64,000 nt of DNA from Azolla caroliniana (taxonomy: Eukaryota > Plantae > Polypodiophyta): positions 19,406,001 to 19,470,000 of the forward strand of contig JBHGNT010000002.1 of the NCBI GenBank assembly GCA_043228905.1, given 5' to 3'. The notes under the pieces were generated by a model. That model saw nothing but the letters and a program-made list of their open reading frames with translations, was not told the DNA's origin and did no database searches. Below are positions 26,001 to 37,064 of the stretch, piece by piece. The translations under genes and the position numbers were made by a program. The first letter of the stretch is position 1. Every line of letters begins with the position of its first letter.

Positions 26001-27027
26001 GGCTCCGACCAAAGAAAATCGAGGAAGGCGACTGGCTGCTAGTCACGACAGTAGCCTCGACAACCAACACCGAGCAACACGGAAGTTCGCGAAGCGGTGG
26101 TTCGGGCCTTATGTGGTAACGAGCGCCAACGACAACGGGACGTATCACCTGGCGGAACTCGACGGTACGAGGATGGCGATGCCGGTAGCAGGGAAACGGG
26201 TCAAAGAGTTCAAGAAACGCCACGACGACAAACCGGATCTAAGAGGCCTGGACAGCGAAGACGAACAGTCCGAAACGGAGGGCGAACCGATGGACGAATA
26301 AACGGAACCCAGACCGGTTTTCTCCAGCCAGAAACCAATTTTGGCGCATACCGGTGGATGCGCGGTTAGGTGGGGGCGGATGTCGTGAAGAAAACCGTCC
26401 CCTGGCGCAATCGGTGAATAGCGCACATGAACCGGCCCTTCACGTGTGCGCGCTCTTAATGTATATAATAGAGAATTAGGTACAGAGAGAGATCCGGGGT
26501 AGTTAGATTCGGTAGGTAGGAAGTAAATGAGGGAGACGGCTCCCTTCTTGACGCTATAAAGGAGAGGGAGACGCAGGGAGAAGGGATCGCGCATTGAGGA
26601 GGACCAAGTGTTGTCGGACCGGAACCGAACGCTTCTCCTCTGTCTGTTCTCTGTTGCTCTTCTCTGCAGGTTTCGGGAGGCTCGCGCTGCTTCGAGGAAC
26701 GCCCGTGTGCTTCCGGAAGCACCTCCATCCTATCCCCATTTTGTGCGCAGACGAACAAGCATCGGCATTTGTTCGCCGGCCTGTTTGGTTGTAGCTGTCG
26801 CGTGTTCTGCTGTGTACTTGTTATTCGTTAATATACAAACACTTGTCTCTCCCTGTCTCTGTGTCCATTCGCGTCTTCTGTGTTGACGGGCCACGCCCCT
26901 GTGTTTCTTTGCTCATACGTGACCGGGCATCTCTCTCCTTCTCTTTCCCCTTCTATCACCTGCTCTTCGGTTCAAGACCCCGGTGGTCCCGCCTTGTTTC
27001 TCCACGCACGCGTGTAACAACGTGACA
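20064..27027 (+). mobile_element. Full-length Ty3/Gypsy element, tRNA-Trp primed, nested in the chromovirus RT
   Basis: Two highly similar 647-bp LTRs at 20064-20710 and 26381-27027. PBS tggtgaacccgacgtga at 20715-20731. PPT aggtgggggcgga before 26381. Flanks atgt/acat are consistent with a deaminated ACGT TSD. Confidence 0.95.
20728..26301 (+). pseudogene. Gypsy gag-pol (CMWCDEVGHIRKDC knuckle, LVDHGS protease, FLDD RT, RNase H, integrase)
   Basis: ORF 23483-26119 (878 aa RT-RH-INT). Gag and PR are broken by stops at 21310, 22426 and 22732, with frameshifts near 23400 and 26050. Confidence 0.9.
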
Positions 27028-29293
27028 ACATCATCTCCTCAAAGGGCATCGCCATGGATCCAGCTAAAATCCAAACTGTACTAGAGTGGCAAATTCCACG
27101 GTCGGTACGAGATGTACAATGTTTTCTAGGTTTTGCTAACTTCTACCGTAAGTTTATACAGGATTACTCGAAGATTATCTTACCCCTCACACAACTTACG
27201 AAGAAGGGCCAAGCATTTCTTTGGTCCGTTGAAGCAGATATGGCTTTTCGGCATCTTAAGAAAGCCTTTACATCAGCACCGATTCTAGCTCATGTGGATA
27301 CTAGCAAACCATTCATCATGGAGGCCGATGCTTCAGATTTCACCCTCGGTAGCATCCTTTCTCAATAAGGAGATAAAGAAGAGTTGCATCCGGTGGCTTT
27401 CCATTCGCGCAAATTCGATGTTGCGGAAATCAACTACGAAATACATGACAAGGAGTTATTAGCCATCGTGGATTCATTTGTGCAATGGTGGCATTTCTTA
27501 GAGGGCTCTCCACATCAGGTCGTTGTCTTTAGTGATCATAAAAATCTTGCTTATTTCCAGAACGCTCGTGTACTAAATCGACGGCAAGCTCAGTGGGCGC
27601 AATTCCTCACGCGTTTCGACTTCAAAATCACACATCGATCGGGGAAGCAGCAAGGAAAAGCAGATGCACTATCACGGCGTTCATATCTTGCACCTCGTCC
27701 TGGTGATCCAACATTTGATAATCAAAAGCAAGTAATCTTGGGACCAACACGATTGCACACGACGCGGATTTTTCACACCCCGATGGATTCACGGATTACC
27801 GATGACATACGTGCAAACTTGAAGACGGATAATTTTGCTCAAGACATCCTGGCGCACATTGATACTTCTCGGGCATCCTGTTCTCAGTCTCAACAACCAG
27901 GTATTGACTACCGACAATTCGAATATCATGATGGTTTGTTATTCTTTAAAAAGCGTGTATATGTCCCTGATTGCTCCTGTCGCCTTCAAATCGTCCAGCA
28001 TTGTCACGACACCCATACAGCGGGACATTTCGGTAGTACTAAGACGTTAGAGCTAGTGCAGCGATCTTTTTGGTGGCCCCACATGCGCCATTTTGTCGAC
28101 GACTACGTTCGGACCTGTGATGCTTGCTACCGAGCAAAGATGCCACGACACCATCCATATGGCTTGTTGGAACCCTTACCGATTCCAAGTAAGCCGTGGC
28201 AGTCTATTTGTCTTGATTTTATCACAGATCTGCCGGTCTCGCAGGGGTTCGATGCTATCTTAACCGTCATTGATCGATATACGAAGATGGCACATTTTGT
28301 TCCATGTACTAAGGCCATCACTAGTGAGGAAACCGCCGCCCTAGTCATGCGTGAGGTATTTCGGCATCATGGCCTCCCAGACAGTATCATCAGTGACCGA
28401 GGACCGCAATTTGTCTCCAAATTTTGGCAGCATCTCTTCAAGATGCTCAAGGTCTCTTGCAACCTCTCCTCCGGCTACCATCCTCAGACCGATGGGCAGG
28501 CAGAATGAACAAACCAAACACTGGAGCAATATCTCCAATGTTTCCTGAGTTATCAACAGGACGATTGGGCCAAGATTCTCCACTTTGCGGAGTTTGCGTA
28601 TAATAATGATGTTCACTCCTTGACTCGAGTCTCCCCATTCTATGCTTATACCGGTTCTCATCCTCGCTGGTCGGTGATCGACACCCCGGAGCTACCTACC
28701 AATCCTCATGTCGGGGATCATTTGGAGAGACTACGCAAGATCCAGACAGATCTCTCGACTCATCTTCGTCATGCTCAACAGACACAGAAGACTTACGCGG
28801 ATCGTCATCGGCTTCCCTCCTCTTTTGCCATCGGAGATCGAGTATGGCTCTTACGTCATCACATCAAGACTACTCGACCGTGCGACAAGTTGGATTATCG
28901 ACGACTCGGTCCTTTCCGTATTACGGGTAAAGTTAATGATGTCACATTCCGCCTTGATCTCCCTCCGCAGCTTCAGATACATCCGGTTTTCCATTGTTCT
29001 CTTCTTGAACCTTATAAAGCAAACACCATTCCCGATCGTGTTACACCACCGCTGCCCCCCTGGAGTTGGACGTCGGCCCGGAGTATGAAGTTGCTGCCAT
29101 CCTCGATTCCAAACTTATTCGCAACAAACTTTATTATTTGGTCAATTGGGTTGGTTATAGTCCGAGCGAACGCACTTGGGAACCCGTCGAGCATGTTGCC
29201 AATGCTCAGGATCTGCTTGCTGATTTCCACCGAAAGTATCCGGACAAACCCGGTCCGCAATCAGCGCCGACTCGTTCCACTCGTCGTCATTAA
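27028..29293 (+). pseudogene. Chromovirus RT end, RNase H, integrase and chromodomain (3' part), disrupted
   Basis: ADASD RNase H, H2C2 zinc finger (GHFG..CDAC), DFIT/SDRG/QTDGQ integrase, chromodomain ORF 29066-29293; stops at 27366 and 28506. Confidence 0.9.
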
Positions 29294-30099
29294 GGGGGAG
29301 ATAGTGTCATGATATGTCAAGACTCAAACCCATGACCTTATGGTATATGGTTCGAGCTCTTAACCATCACACCATCTATTGTAATTCATAGGATTGTTTT
29401 ATTATAAGAAAGTAATGTATATTCCAGATTTCTCTGGAACATTCTAGAAGTTTCAGGATTACTCCTGACAACACTATAAAAGAAGGCACTAGGCATTATG
29501 TTGAACCAAATTGGTTCAACGCTAGCCTTAAGCCTCTTAGCCGCTTTGTACTTATCTTTTCACATAATATATTAGTTGTTGTCATCATCTTTCTCTCTAT
29601 CTCATCCTCGCTATCTCTCTCTCTCCTCTTCTCACTTCCTCTCTCGGGAATCTCACGCAGTCCCGTCTTCTTAGTACTAATAGTACTTCCCTTCTTAGTA
29701 CTAATTCCATCTCTGCTTTAGTACTATTCCTAACAAGAACATGATTGGGTGAAAGCATGCGAGTGGAAACAATTAGCTATGTCCTTGACATAGCTAATTA
29801 GCTATGCAAAAAGCTACCATTGATAAATAGTCATTTTAGTAAAAAGCCATCATTAATAAATTAAGTATGCAAAAAACTACCATTGAAAATACTAGAGTGT
29901 TTTAATTACATATGTAAATGAGTGCCATAAATGTGCAACATAAATTGATGTGTGCACCATAAATGTGTACCATAAATTATATATCGAATTCCTAGGTCCA
30001 TTATGCATGATCCTTTGCCACATCACGTAGGTCATCTCTAGTTGAGTACTGTGGGTTAGTTGCTACCACTGTTGCTAAACCCTATCGAGTCCACCTGCC

Positions 30100-30915
30100 G
30101 CCACTCTACACTGAGGGGCCGCTACTGTGCGTTCCAAGCATCATCAAAGAGCTGCTCAATCTGATGGGGTTCTCTTCTCTGTGACACTCTACACTCAGGG
30201 GCCACTACTGTGCATTCCAAGCATCATCAAAGAGTTGTTCAATCTGACGGGGTTCTCTTCTCTGTGCCACTCTACACTCAGGGGCCATTACTGTGCGTTC
30301 CAAGCATCATCAAAGAGCTGTTCAATCTGAGGGGGTTCTCTTCTCTGTGCCACTCTACACTCAGGGGCCATTATTGTGCGTTCCAAGCATCATCAAAGAG
30401 CTGTTCAATCTGAGGGGGTTCTCTTCTCTGTGCCACTCTACACTCAGGGGCCGCTGCTGTGCGTTCCAAGCATCATCAAAGAGCTGTTCAATCTGACGGG
30501 GTTCTCTTCTCTTTGCCACTCTACACTCAGGGGTTGCTACTGTGCGTTCCAAGCATAATCAAAGAGCTATTCAATCTGACGGGGTTCTCTTCTCTTTTCC
30601 ACTCTCACTCAGGGGCCGCTACTGTGCGTTTCAAGCATCATTGGTAACTGTTCAATCTGACGGGGTTCTCTTCTCTTTTCCACTCTCACTCAGGGGCCGC
30701 TACTGTGCGTTTCAAGCATCATTGGTAACTGTTCAATCTGACGGGGTTCTCTTCTCTTTTCCACTCTCACTCAGGGGCCGCTACTGTGCGTTTCAAGCAT
30801 CATTGGTAACTGTTCAATCTGACGGGGTTCTCTTCTCTATGCCACTCTATTCTCAAGTGCCTTCTATGTGCGTTTCAAGCATCATCGGTAACTGTTCAAT
30901 CTGACGGGGTTCTCT
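30100..30915. repeat. 83/81-bp subterminal tandem repeat, about 10 copies
   Basis: Unit ccactctacactcaggggcc.ctactgtgcgttccaagcatcatcaaagagctgttcaatctgacggggttctcttctctgtg; ORF starts recur every 83 bp (30127, 30210, 30293..). Confidence 0.95.
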
Positions 30916-31250
30916 CCTCCATTGCCATCATTCTATACTCAGTTGCCACTACTGTCCAGTCCCGGATTGCTTCCACATTTCGATTTGACGGAGTTCACTC
31001 ATCCAACGGCAACATTCTACACTCAGTTGTTGCCATTGGTCGGTCTTGGATCGCCTCCTCAACTGTTGGATCCAACAGAGTGAAATCCTCTACTGTTCGG
31101 TCTTGGATTGCAATAACTTTTCTGTCTATTGATTATCTTGTGTATTGTTGTGTCTAATCTTGTGTATTGTGTGGAATATTTTTGTGTATTGTTGTTGCCC
31201 ATAGCCATCTTTAATACTTGTTTTTTTTTCTGGAAATTTAGGGTTTTAAC

Positions 31251-34200
31251 ATGTCTAGCCAAATGGAAGGGGAAGAAGGGTGTTTAGAATTACCCCTCAA
31301 TGATCATAAGGATAGGGATGATGTTATCAGGACACAACAAGCCATACGAAACTATTGGGCAGAAAAAAAAAGGAAACATCGTCAATTGTTGAAGGATACG
31401 AAAGCCACACTCAGTAAAGGTAAGGATAGTTTAGCTGAGAATGTAAGTAATGCGACTACCATCATAGAGAGAAAGGTTGTAGACTATTTCAATGTTCAAA
31501 CCAAGCACATCAGCAATGAAGAAAAGAAGGTAGTACTTTATGGAATATGTAATGATCCATCGATAAAGGACTTAGTTGATTGTGATGGTCTTAATGCAAA
31601 CATATCATCTATTTTAGTAAATAATCTTCGTAATAGTTTTGTATCCATGAGCAGGTCAGAAGATGATCTTGTCTTAAAAAGGTCTAGTCTAATGATGTTA
31701 CTTAATAGTGATGTTGACGATATAAACATCAGTGAGCTATCTAAGGTAATTGGTGTTAGTAGAAAAACAGTGTACAATACAATGAACCGTATAATTTCCT
31801 CGGGTGAAGGAACTAGTCTACTAAAGCTAACTACAAGATGTAAGCCAATGACACCCATAACATTTGAAATCAAGGATGTAATCACAATGTTTTGGACTAA
31901 TGAGAGTAGGGTTTCACCCAATAAAAAGGATTTATGCAGGAAACGTGTTGGAAGAAATCAATACGAGGAGCATCCCATTCATCTTCTTGATGTACCTCAG
32001 GTATTTACATTTATCTCAACATTTGTTTTGACTCTACTCGGAAAGTTAATTAGCTCAGTTAGCAGAAAAGCTAATTAGCTTATCAGTTACATTTACCTCA
32101 GTTAGCTACTAGGATCGCTACTACATAGGTAACTAGCTACTCTCAATAGTTACTACCATGATAGCTAATTAGCTATTCTCAATAGCTAATTTAGGTACTA
32201 CCAGATAATTAGCTGTACTGCTAGCTAGTTAGCTATCATGGTAGCTAGTTAGCTATTTCGTTATTACCAGCTAATTAGCTACTAGGAAAGCTAATTAGCT
32301 ACCATGATAGCTAATTAGCTACTATGATAGCTACTACATAGGTAACTGGCTACTCTCAATAGCTACTACCATGATAGCTAATTAGTTAGGATAGCTAATT
32401 AGCCACCATTATAGCTAATTAGCTACTAGACCAGCTAATTAGCTACCATGATAGCTAATTAGTTACTAGGACAGCTAATTAGCCACCGTGATAGCTAATT
32501 AGCTACCATGATAGCTAATTAGTTACTAGGAAAGCTAATCAGCCACCATTATAGCTAATTAGCTACTAGACCAGCTAATTAGCTACCACGATAGCTAATT
32601 AGCTACTAGACCAGCTAATTAGCTACCATGATAGCTAATTAGTTACTAGGAAAGCTAATTAGCCACCATGATAGCTAATTAGCTACTAGACAAGCTAATT
32701 AGCCACCATGATAGCTAATTAGCTACTAGAGCAGCTAATTAGCTACCATGATAGCTAATTAGCTACTAGGACAACTAATTAGCTACTAGGACAGCTAATT
32801 AGCTACCAGGATAGCTAATTAGCTACTACGACAGCTAATTAGCTACCATGATAGCTAATTAGCTGCTAGAATAGCTAATTAGCTACTAGAATAGCTAATT
32901 AGCTACCAGGATAGCTAATTAGCTACTACGACAGCTAATTAGCTACCATGATAGCTAATTAGCTACTAGGACAACCAATTAGCTACTAGGACAGCTAATT
33001 AGCTACCATGATAGCTAATTAGCTACTACGACAGCTAATTAGCTACCATGATAGCTAATTAGCTACTAGAATAGCTAATTAGCTATCATGATAGCTAATT
33101 AGCTACTACGACAGCTAATTAACTACCATGATAGCTAATTAGCTACTAGGACAACTAATTAGCTACTAGGACAGCTAATTAGCTACCATGATAGCTAATT
33201 AGCTACTAGAATAGCTAACTAGCTACTAGAATAGCTAACTAGCTACTAGAATAGCTAATTAGCTACTAGGATAGTTAGCTAGTTACGAGAATAACTAATT
33301 CCCCTTTATTACGCAGGTCGATTTATTTATTAGGTTCAAACGAATGCATCCAACTATCAAAGTTCAACTACGAACATTCGAGTCTCTTAAGCCACACTTT
33401 GTGAGACGCTTAAAGGATCGATACACATGTTGTTGCATTTACCATGTACAGATGGGTTTTCTGAAGGACTCTGTTAATCTACTACGTCACCATAGCGCAT
33501 CCCTAACTAATACAGTTTGCACATGTGGGTGCCCAATCTGTCGATCAAGCCCGCAAGAGGAGTGTAAATCATCTGAGCACGTTATCTCTTCCATGAGTTA
33601 TTTATTAGATTCAATATTGTGTCCGAGAGAATCTGACGCTATCTTCCATATTCATAAATGTGTCATGGGTTTATGTCAAGATTGTGGCCCTACTAGATTT
33701 AGGTGGTGTCCAAATGAATTGAGTAGTGAAATATTGATCTCTGTGAAGTTATTTGAGTCAGTGAACACCAATTTCGAAGGAAAGGTGTGTAAAAGAAAGG
33801 ATCTAGTTCGGAAGATGCTTAAACCAAGGGATTTGGTGTCTCTGTTTGTAGTATCTCTAGGAAAGTTCATTAAACACAACTTCATTTATTCATGGCAGGC
33901 CCATCAGTTTAAGACTTGCATATCTGATTTCCCAAATGATGTAGTAGTCTCAGTAGTAGATTTCGCAGAGAATTATACTTTCAAGCAGCAGAATGAAATT
34001 CAATCTATGCATTGGTGTTCAGTTCAGGTAACCATTTTTGTGCACATAACATATTTTCGAGTTTCAGGTGATGTTAAAAAAGTAATTCATTTCTTTATTT
34101 CCGATGATAAGAAGCATGATACCTTGTTCGTCCAACACTGTTTTAAGTTACATTGGCAGTGGTTATTAGCTCAACGTTTGGAGCTTACTCAACATTGGGT

Positions 34201-35158
34201 CTGGTCTGACGGAGCTGCGTCACAATTCAAGGCTCGACGTCCATTTTATTTTGTGGGGAGGTATCCTGCTATAACAGGTTTGGAGATGAGATGGAATTTT
34301 TTTGGGTCTGGCCATGGTAAAGGTGAACATGATGGTGCAGGGGCTGTTATAAAGCGGGCACTTACCCATGAACAACTAAAGACAGATGGTGTGCACATGA
34401 ATTGTGCATCACATGTAGTTGAATTTTTAAGAACAAATATGTCGACGAGTGCCACAGGTGTTTATTCCTCGCAAGTTCGAGATATCAAACGTGAATTTTG
34501 GGAAGTGAAGATAGATGAAGTAAATAGGGAGAAGACCTGGGAGTGCCAAGGAATTCCCGAATTGCGATCTCTGCATGCTGTTCGCGGTTATTCCAGGTTG
34601 GATGGTCATTGTATTGCGGTTAGAGAATTGACTTGTTTTTGCTTCCATTGTGTGCAGGGAAATTGGAGATATTGTCTAAACAAAGCATACATTCAGAATT
34701 GGGAGTATCACACTCTGAATGATAAGGAAGCAGTTGATGGGGAAACAGGGCAGAATGCTGACTTCACATATGAGGGACTTGGAGATACTTTGAGTGATGT
34801 CCTGAACGTTGGGGATAACTTCGCTGTAAATGCTGAAGAAGGCAATTCAGAGGGTGCTGATTTCTATATATTAAAGTGCACGGTTAGTAAACAGTGTGCA
34901 AGGCAGAATATTGTAGATGCATGGGGAAATTTTGTATCTGCCGGGACATTCTACATCGAAGGCATTTTTTATGCAAAACTAGATGACTACGAATATGTGT
35001 ACAGGCTGTTAGAAGACAAACCAGCGGCGTATATGTACTCTCATTTGGTCAGATGCATCAACGTCCCAATGTCAGAATACAATAGCTGCTCCGGTTTATA
35101 CACTGTTGGTGCTAATGTGTATGAATGTATTTACAATAGTATGCCATGGAATTTGTAG
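31251..35158 (+). CDS. Sola2-type DDD transposase, 2 exons (31251-32000, 33317-35158), 863 aa
   Basis: A phase-0 intron CAG|gtattt..acgcag|GTC joins ..LLDVPQ to VDLFIRFKRMHP.. with no stops. Motifs TCCCIYH, DFAENY, QSMHW, SDD..HD, WSDGAASQFK and GHGKGEHDGAGAVIKR. Catalytic Asp candidates at 33959, 34208 and 34331. Confidence 0.85.
32045..33297. repeat. Intronic minisatellite of 20-bp units built on the palindrome TAGCTAATTAGCTA
   Basis: Units such as atagctaattagctaccatg and acagctaattagctactagg fill most of the transposase intron. Confidence 0.95.
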
Positions 35159-35630
35159 CTACAAGTAGCACTTACCATGTTCTCTTGTAAAACAAACATG
35201 TATTTCGCGAAAACAGATCAATAAATTCGTTTGGAATCAATTTCTTGTATACAGTCTGCTTTTTGTGCTTCTTTCTCAATAAAATCATGTCTTTTTTGTT
35301 AAGTTTTAAGTTATAAGTTATAGCGAAATAGTCATCAGTAGCTAATTAGCTGTACAAATGCAGCTAATTAGCTGTACAAATGTATTTACAATAGTATGCC
35401 ATGGAATTTGTAGCTACAAGTAGCACTTACCATGTTCTCTTGTAAAACAAACATGTATTTCGCGAAAACAGATCAATAAATTCGTTTGGAATCAATTTCT
35501 TGTATACAGTCTGCTTTCTGTACTTCTTTCTCAATAAAATCATGTCTTTTTTGTTAAGTTTTAAGTTATAAGTTATAGCGAAATAGTCATCAGTAGCTAA
35601 TTAGCTGTACAAATGCAGCTAATTAGCTGT
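35126..35630. repeat. 255-bp tandem duplication covering the transposase stop and 3' UTR
   Basis: tgtatttacaatagtatgccatggaatttgtag.. at 35126 and 35381, near-identical. Confidence 0.92.
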
Positions 35631-35760
35631 CAATAGCTAAATAGTCATCAATAGAATGAAATCAACAATCTGCAACATATTCCTCAAATTACACAGTAGA
35701 TAAGTACAGTGGGAACAAGTAATTAAATTCTTCATTGAATAATGTCATCTCTTTACATAT

Positions 35761-36815
35761 TTATAAATTACCATTGGAAATGTCTACAAATCTCCTATAA
35801 ACAGCTAAGCTCTTGCTAGTCAGTGGAACGAGTCTACATATATTATCCGCATGTTGAGCTCGGTATGGAGTCCACAACCATGCACCTAGTTGGCAGCTCA
35901 CTGTTTGCACCAGGTACTGTTCAGGCATTTCCTCGGGTAGAATGAGACAGCATCTCCGAATATTGAAGTAGTGTCGGAAATGTTCTGTATCCAAAATCAA
36001 TGTATTGTCAGCATTATATTCAGGCCAAGTAGCCCAAAAATCAGAAAGCCTCTTGAATCTTGCAGCTTCCATCTGCTCACAATTTTCTCGTGCCCATTGA
36101 CCTTTAAAACGACTTCGCCATTTTGGGAAGAATCTTGCCAAACACTTCCACACATCTGATTTTGGTTTTTCTCTCCAAATAAACAAATCGAAGTACTCCA
36201 CAGCCCACTCTAGAAACTGATTTGCGTCCCTCCTTGGCTGCATATATCTCATACTCATCAAGACTTTATCAAGCTCCAAGATCAAGGCTCTTCGCTCGAC
36301 TTCTAGTGGTTTAGGTTTCCATTCCTGAAACTGAGCCGCTGTTACACCATTTTCTGGTAGGATACGATCAATCTCAATCAGCTCAGGTTCGGCTGACACA
36401 ACTGGTGTCCTTTTCCTCTTTAAACCCCTAGTCGACTGTGTTGGGCCTAGCTTCACATTCTGGTGCTCTTGTTTTGTCGACTTAGTTATCAATCCTTGGA
36501 TTACCTCAGTGCATGTAGCTACTGTTCTGCTCGATATCAGTCCACTGGTATCACATGTTGCATCTACCTGCAACACCAAGTCATCCGTGCTACATGCTGC
36601 ATCTACCTGCAACACCAAGTCATCTGTGCTACATGCTGCATCTACCTGCAACACCAAGTCATCCGTGCTACATGCTTGATCAACTTGTGTGACCAGATCA
36701 CTTGTGTCAGTTGCTACATCTACTTTCAAGATGGGGCCCTTTAAACATGCCGCAACCTCAACAGTATCCACACTGCCATTGGCCTTACGAGCAATAGAAT
36801 CAAACCCTTTAGACT
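35761..36815 (-). CDS. Transposon accessory ORF/terminal exon: 13-aa repeats plus an FCP1/NIF (HAD)-like domain with a degenerate active site
   Basis: ORF 35761-36894 with a candidate acceptor ttgcag| before 36815. LILELDKVL..RRDANQFLEWAVEYFDLFIW..KRLSDFW..YNADNTLILD resembles the NIF-family pattern. The DxDxT motif reads ELDKV. Confidence 0.6.
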
Positions 36816-37064
36816 CTGCAACATCAGAAAACACCAACATATTCACACTCACAAAGTAACTACTAGTCTCACAAAACAATATCCTGAACATCAAAGAGTT
36901 TCAGTCATAGAACAACACTCTTCAAATTATCTTGGAAAAACATCATAGAGTTCCATTACATAATGTGGATCAAGCAACAACCAATCTGAGGTTTTACTTG
37001 TCCAACAGGATAGTAAAACTTCATAAAACCCTAGCAAAATCCCTAAGCTAACAATCATATCCAA

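Larger units (their letters stand above)
17087..29735 (+). mobile_element. Chromovirus-type Ty3/Gypsy element (Tcn1/Tf1-sushi-like), split by a nested Gypsy
   Basis: LTRs at 17087-17536 and 29305-29735 (TG..CA). TSD AGAAC at 17082-17086 and 29736-29740. PPT aagggggag at about 29292-29300. Sushi-like gag with CLYCSGLGHIAMNC, PR LLDSGA, RT YLDD, integrase, C-terminal chromodomain (EYEVAAILDS..YLVNWVGY..TWEP). Confidence 0.95.

Noticed and set aside
30100-30915. 83-bp array, and the 20-bp palindromic arrays, as CRISPR-like
   Set aside because: Units are tandem with no unique spacers, there are no cas genes, and the context is eukaryotic.
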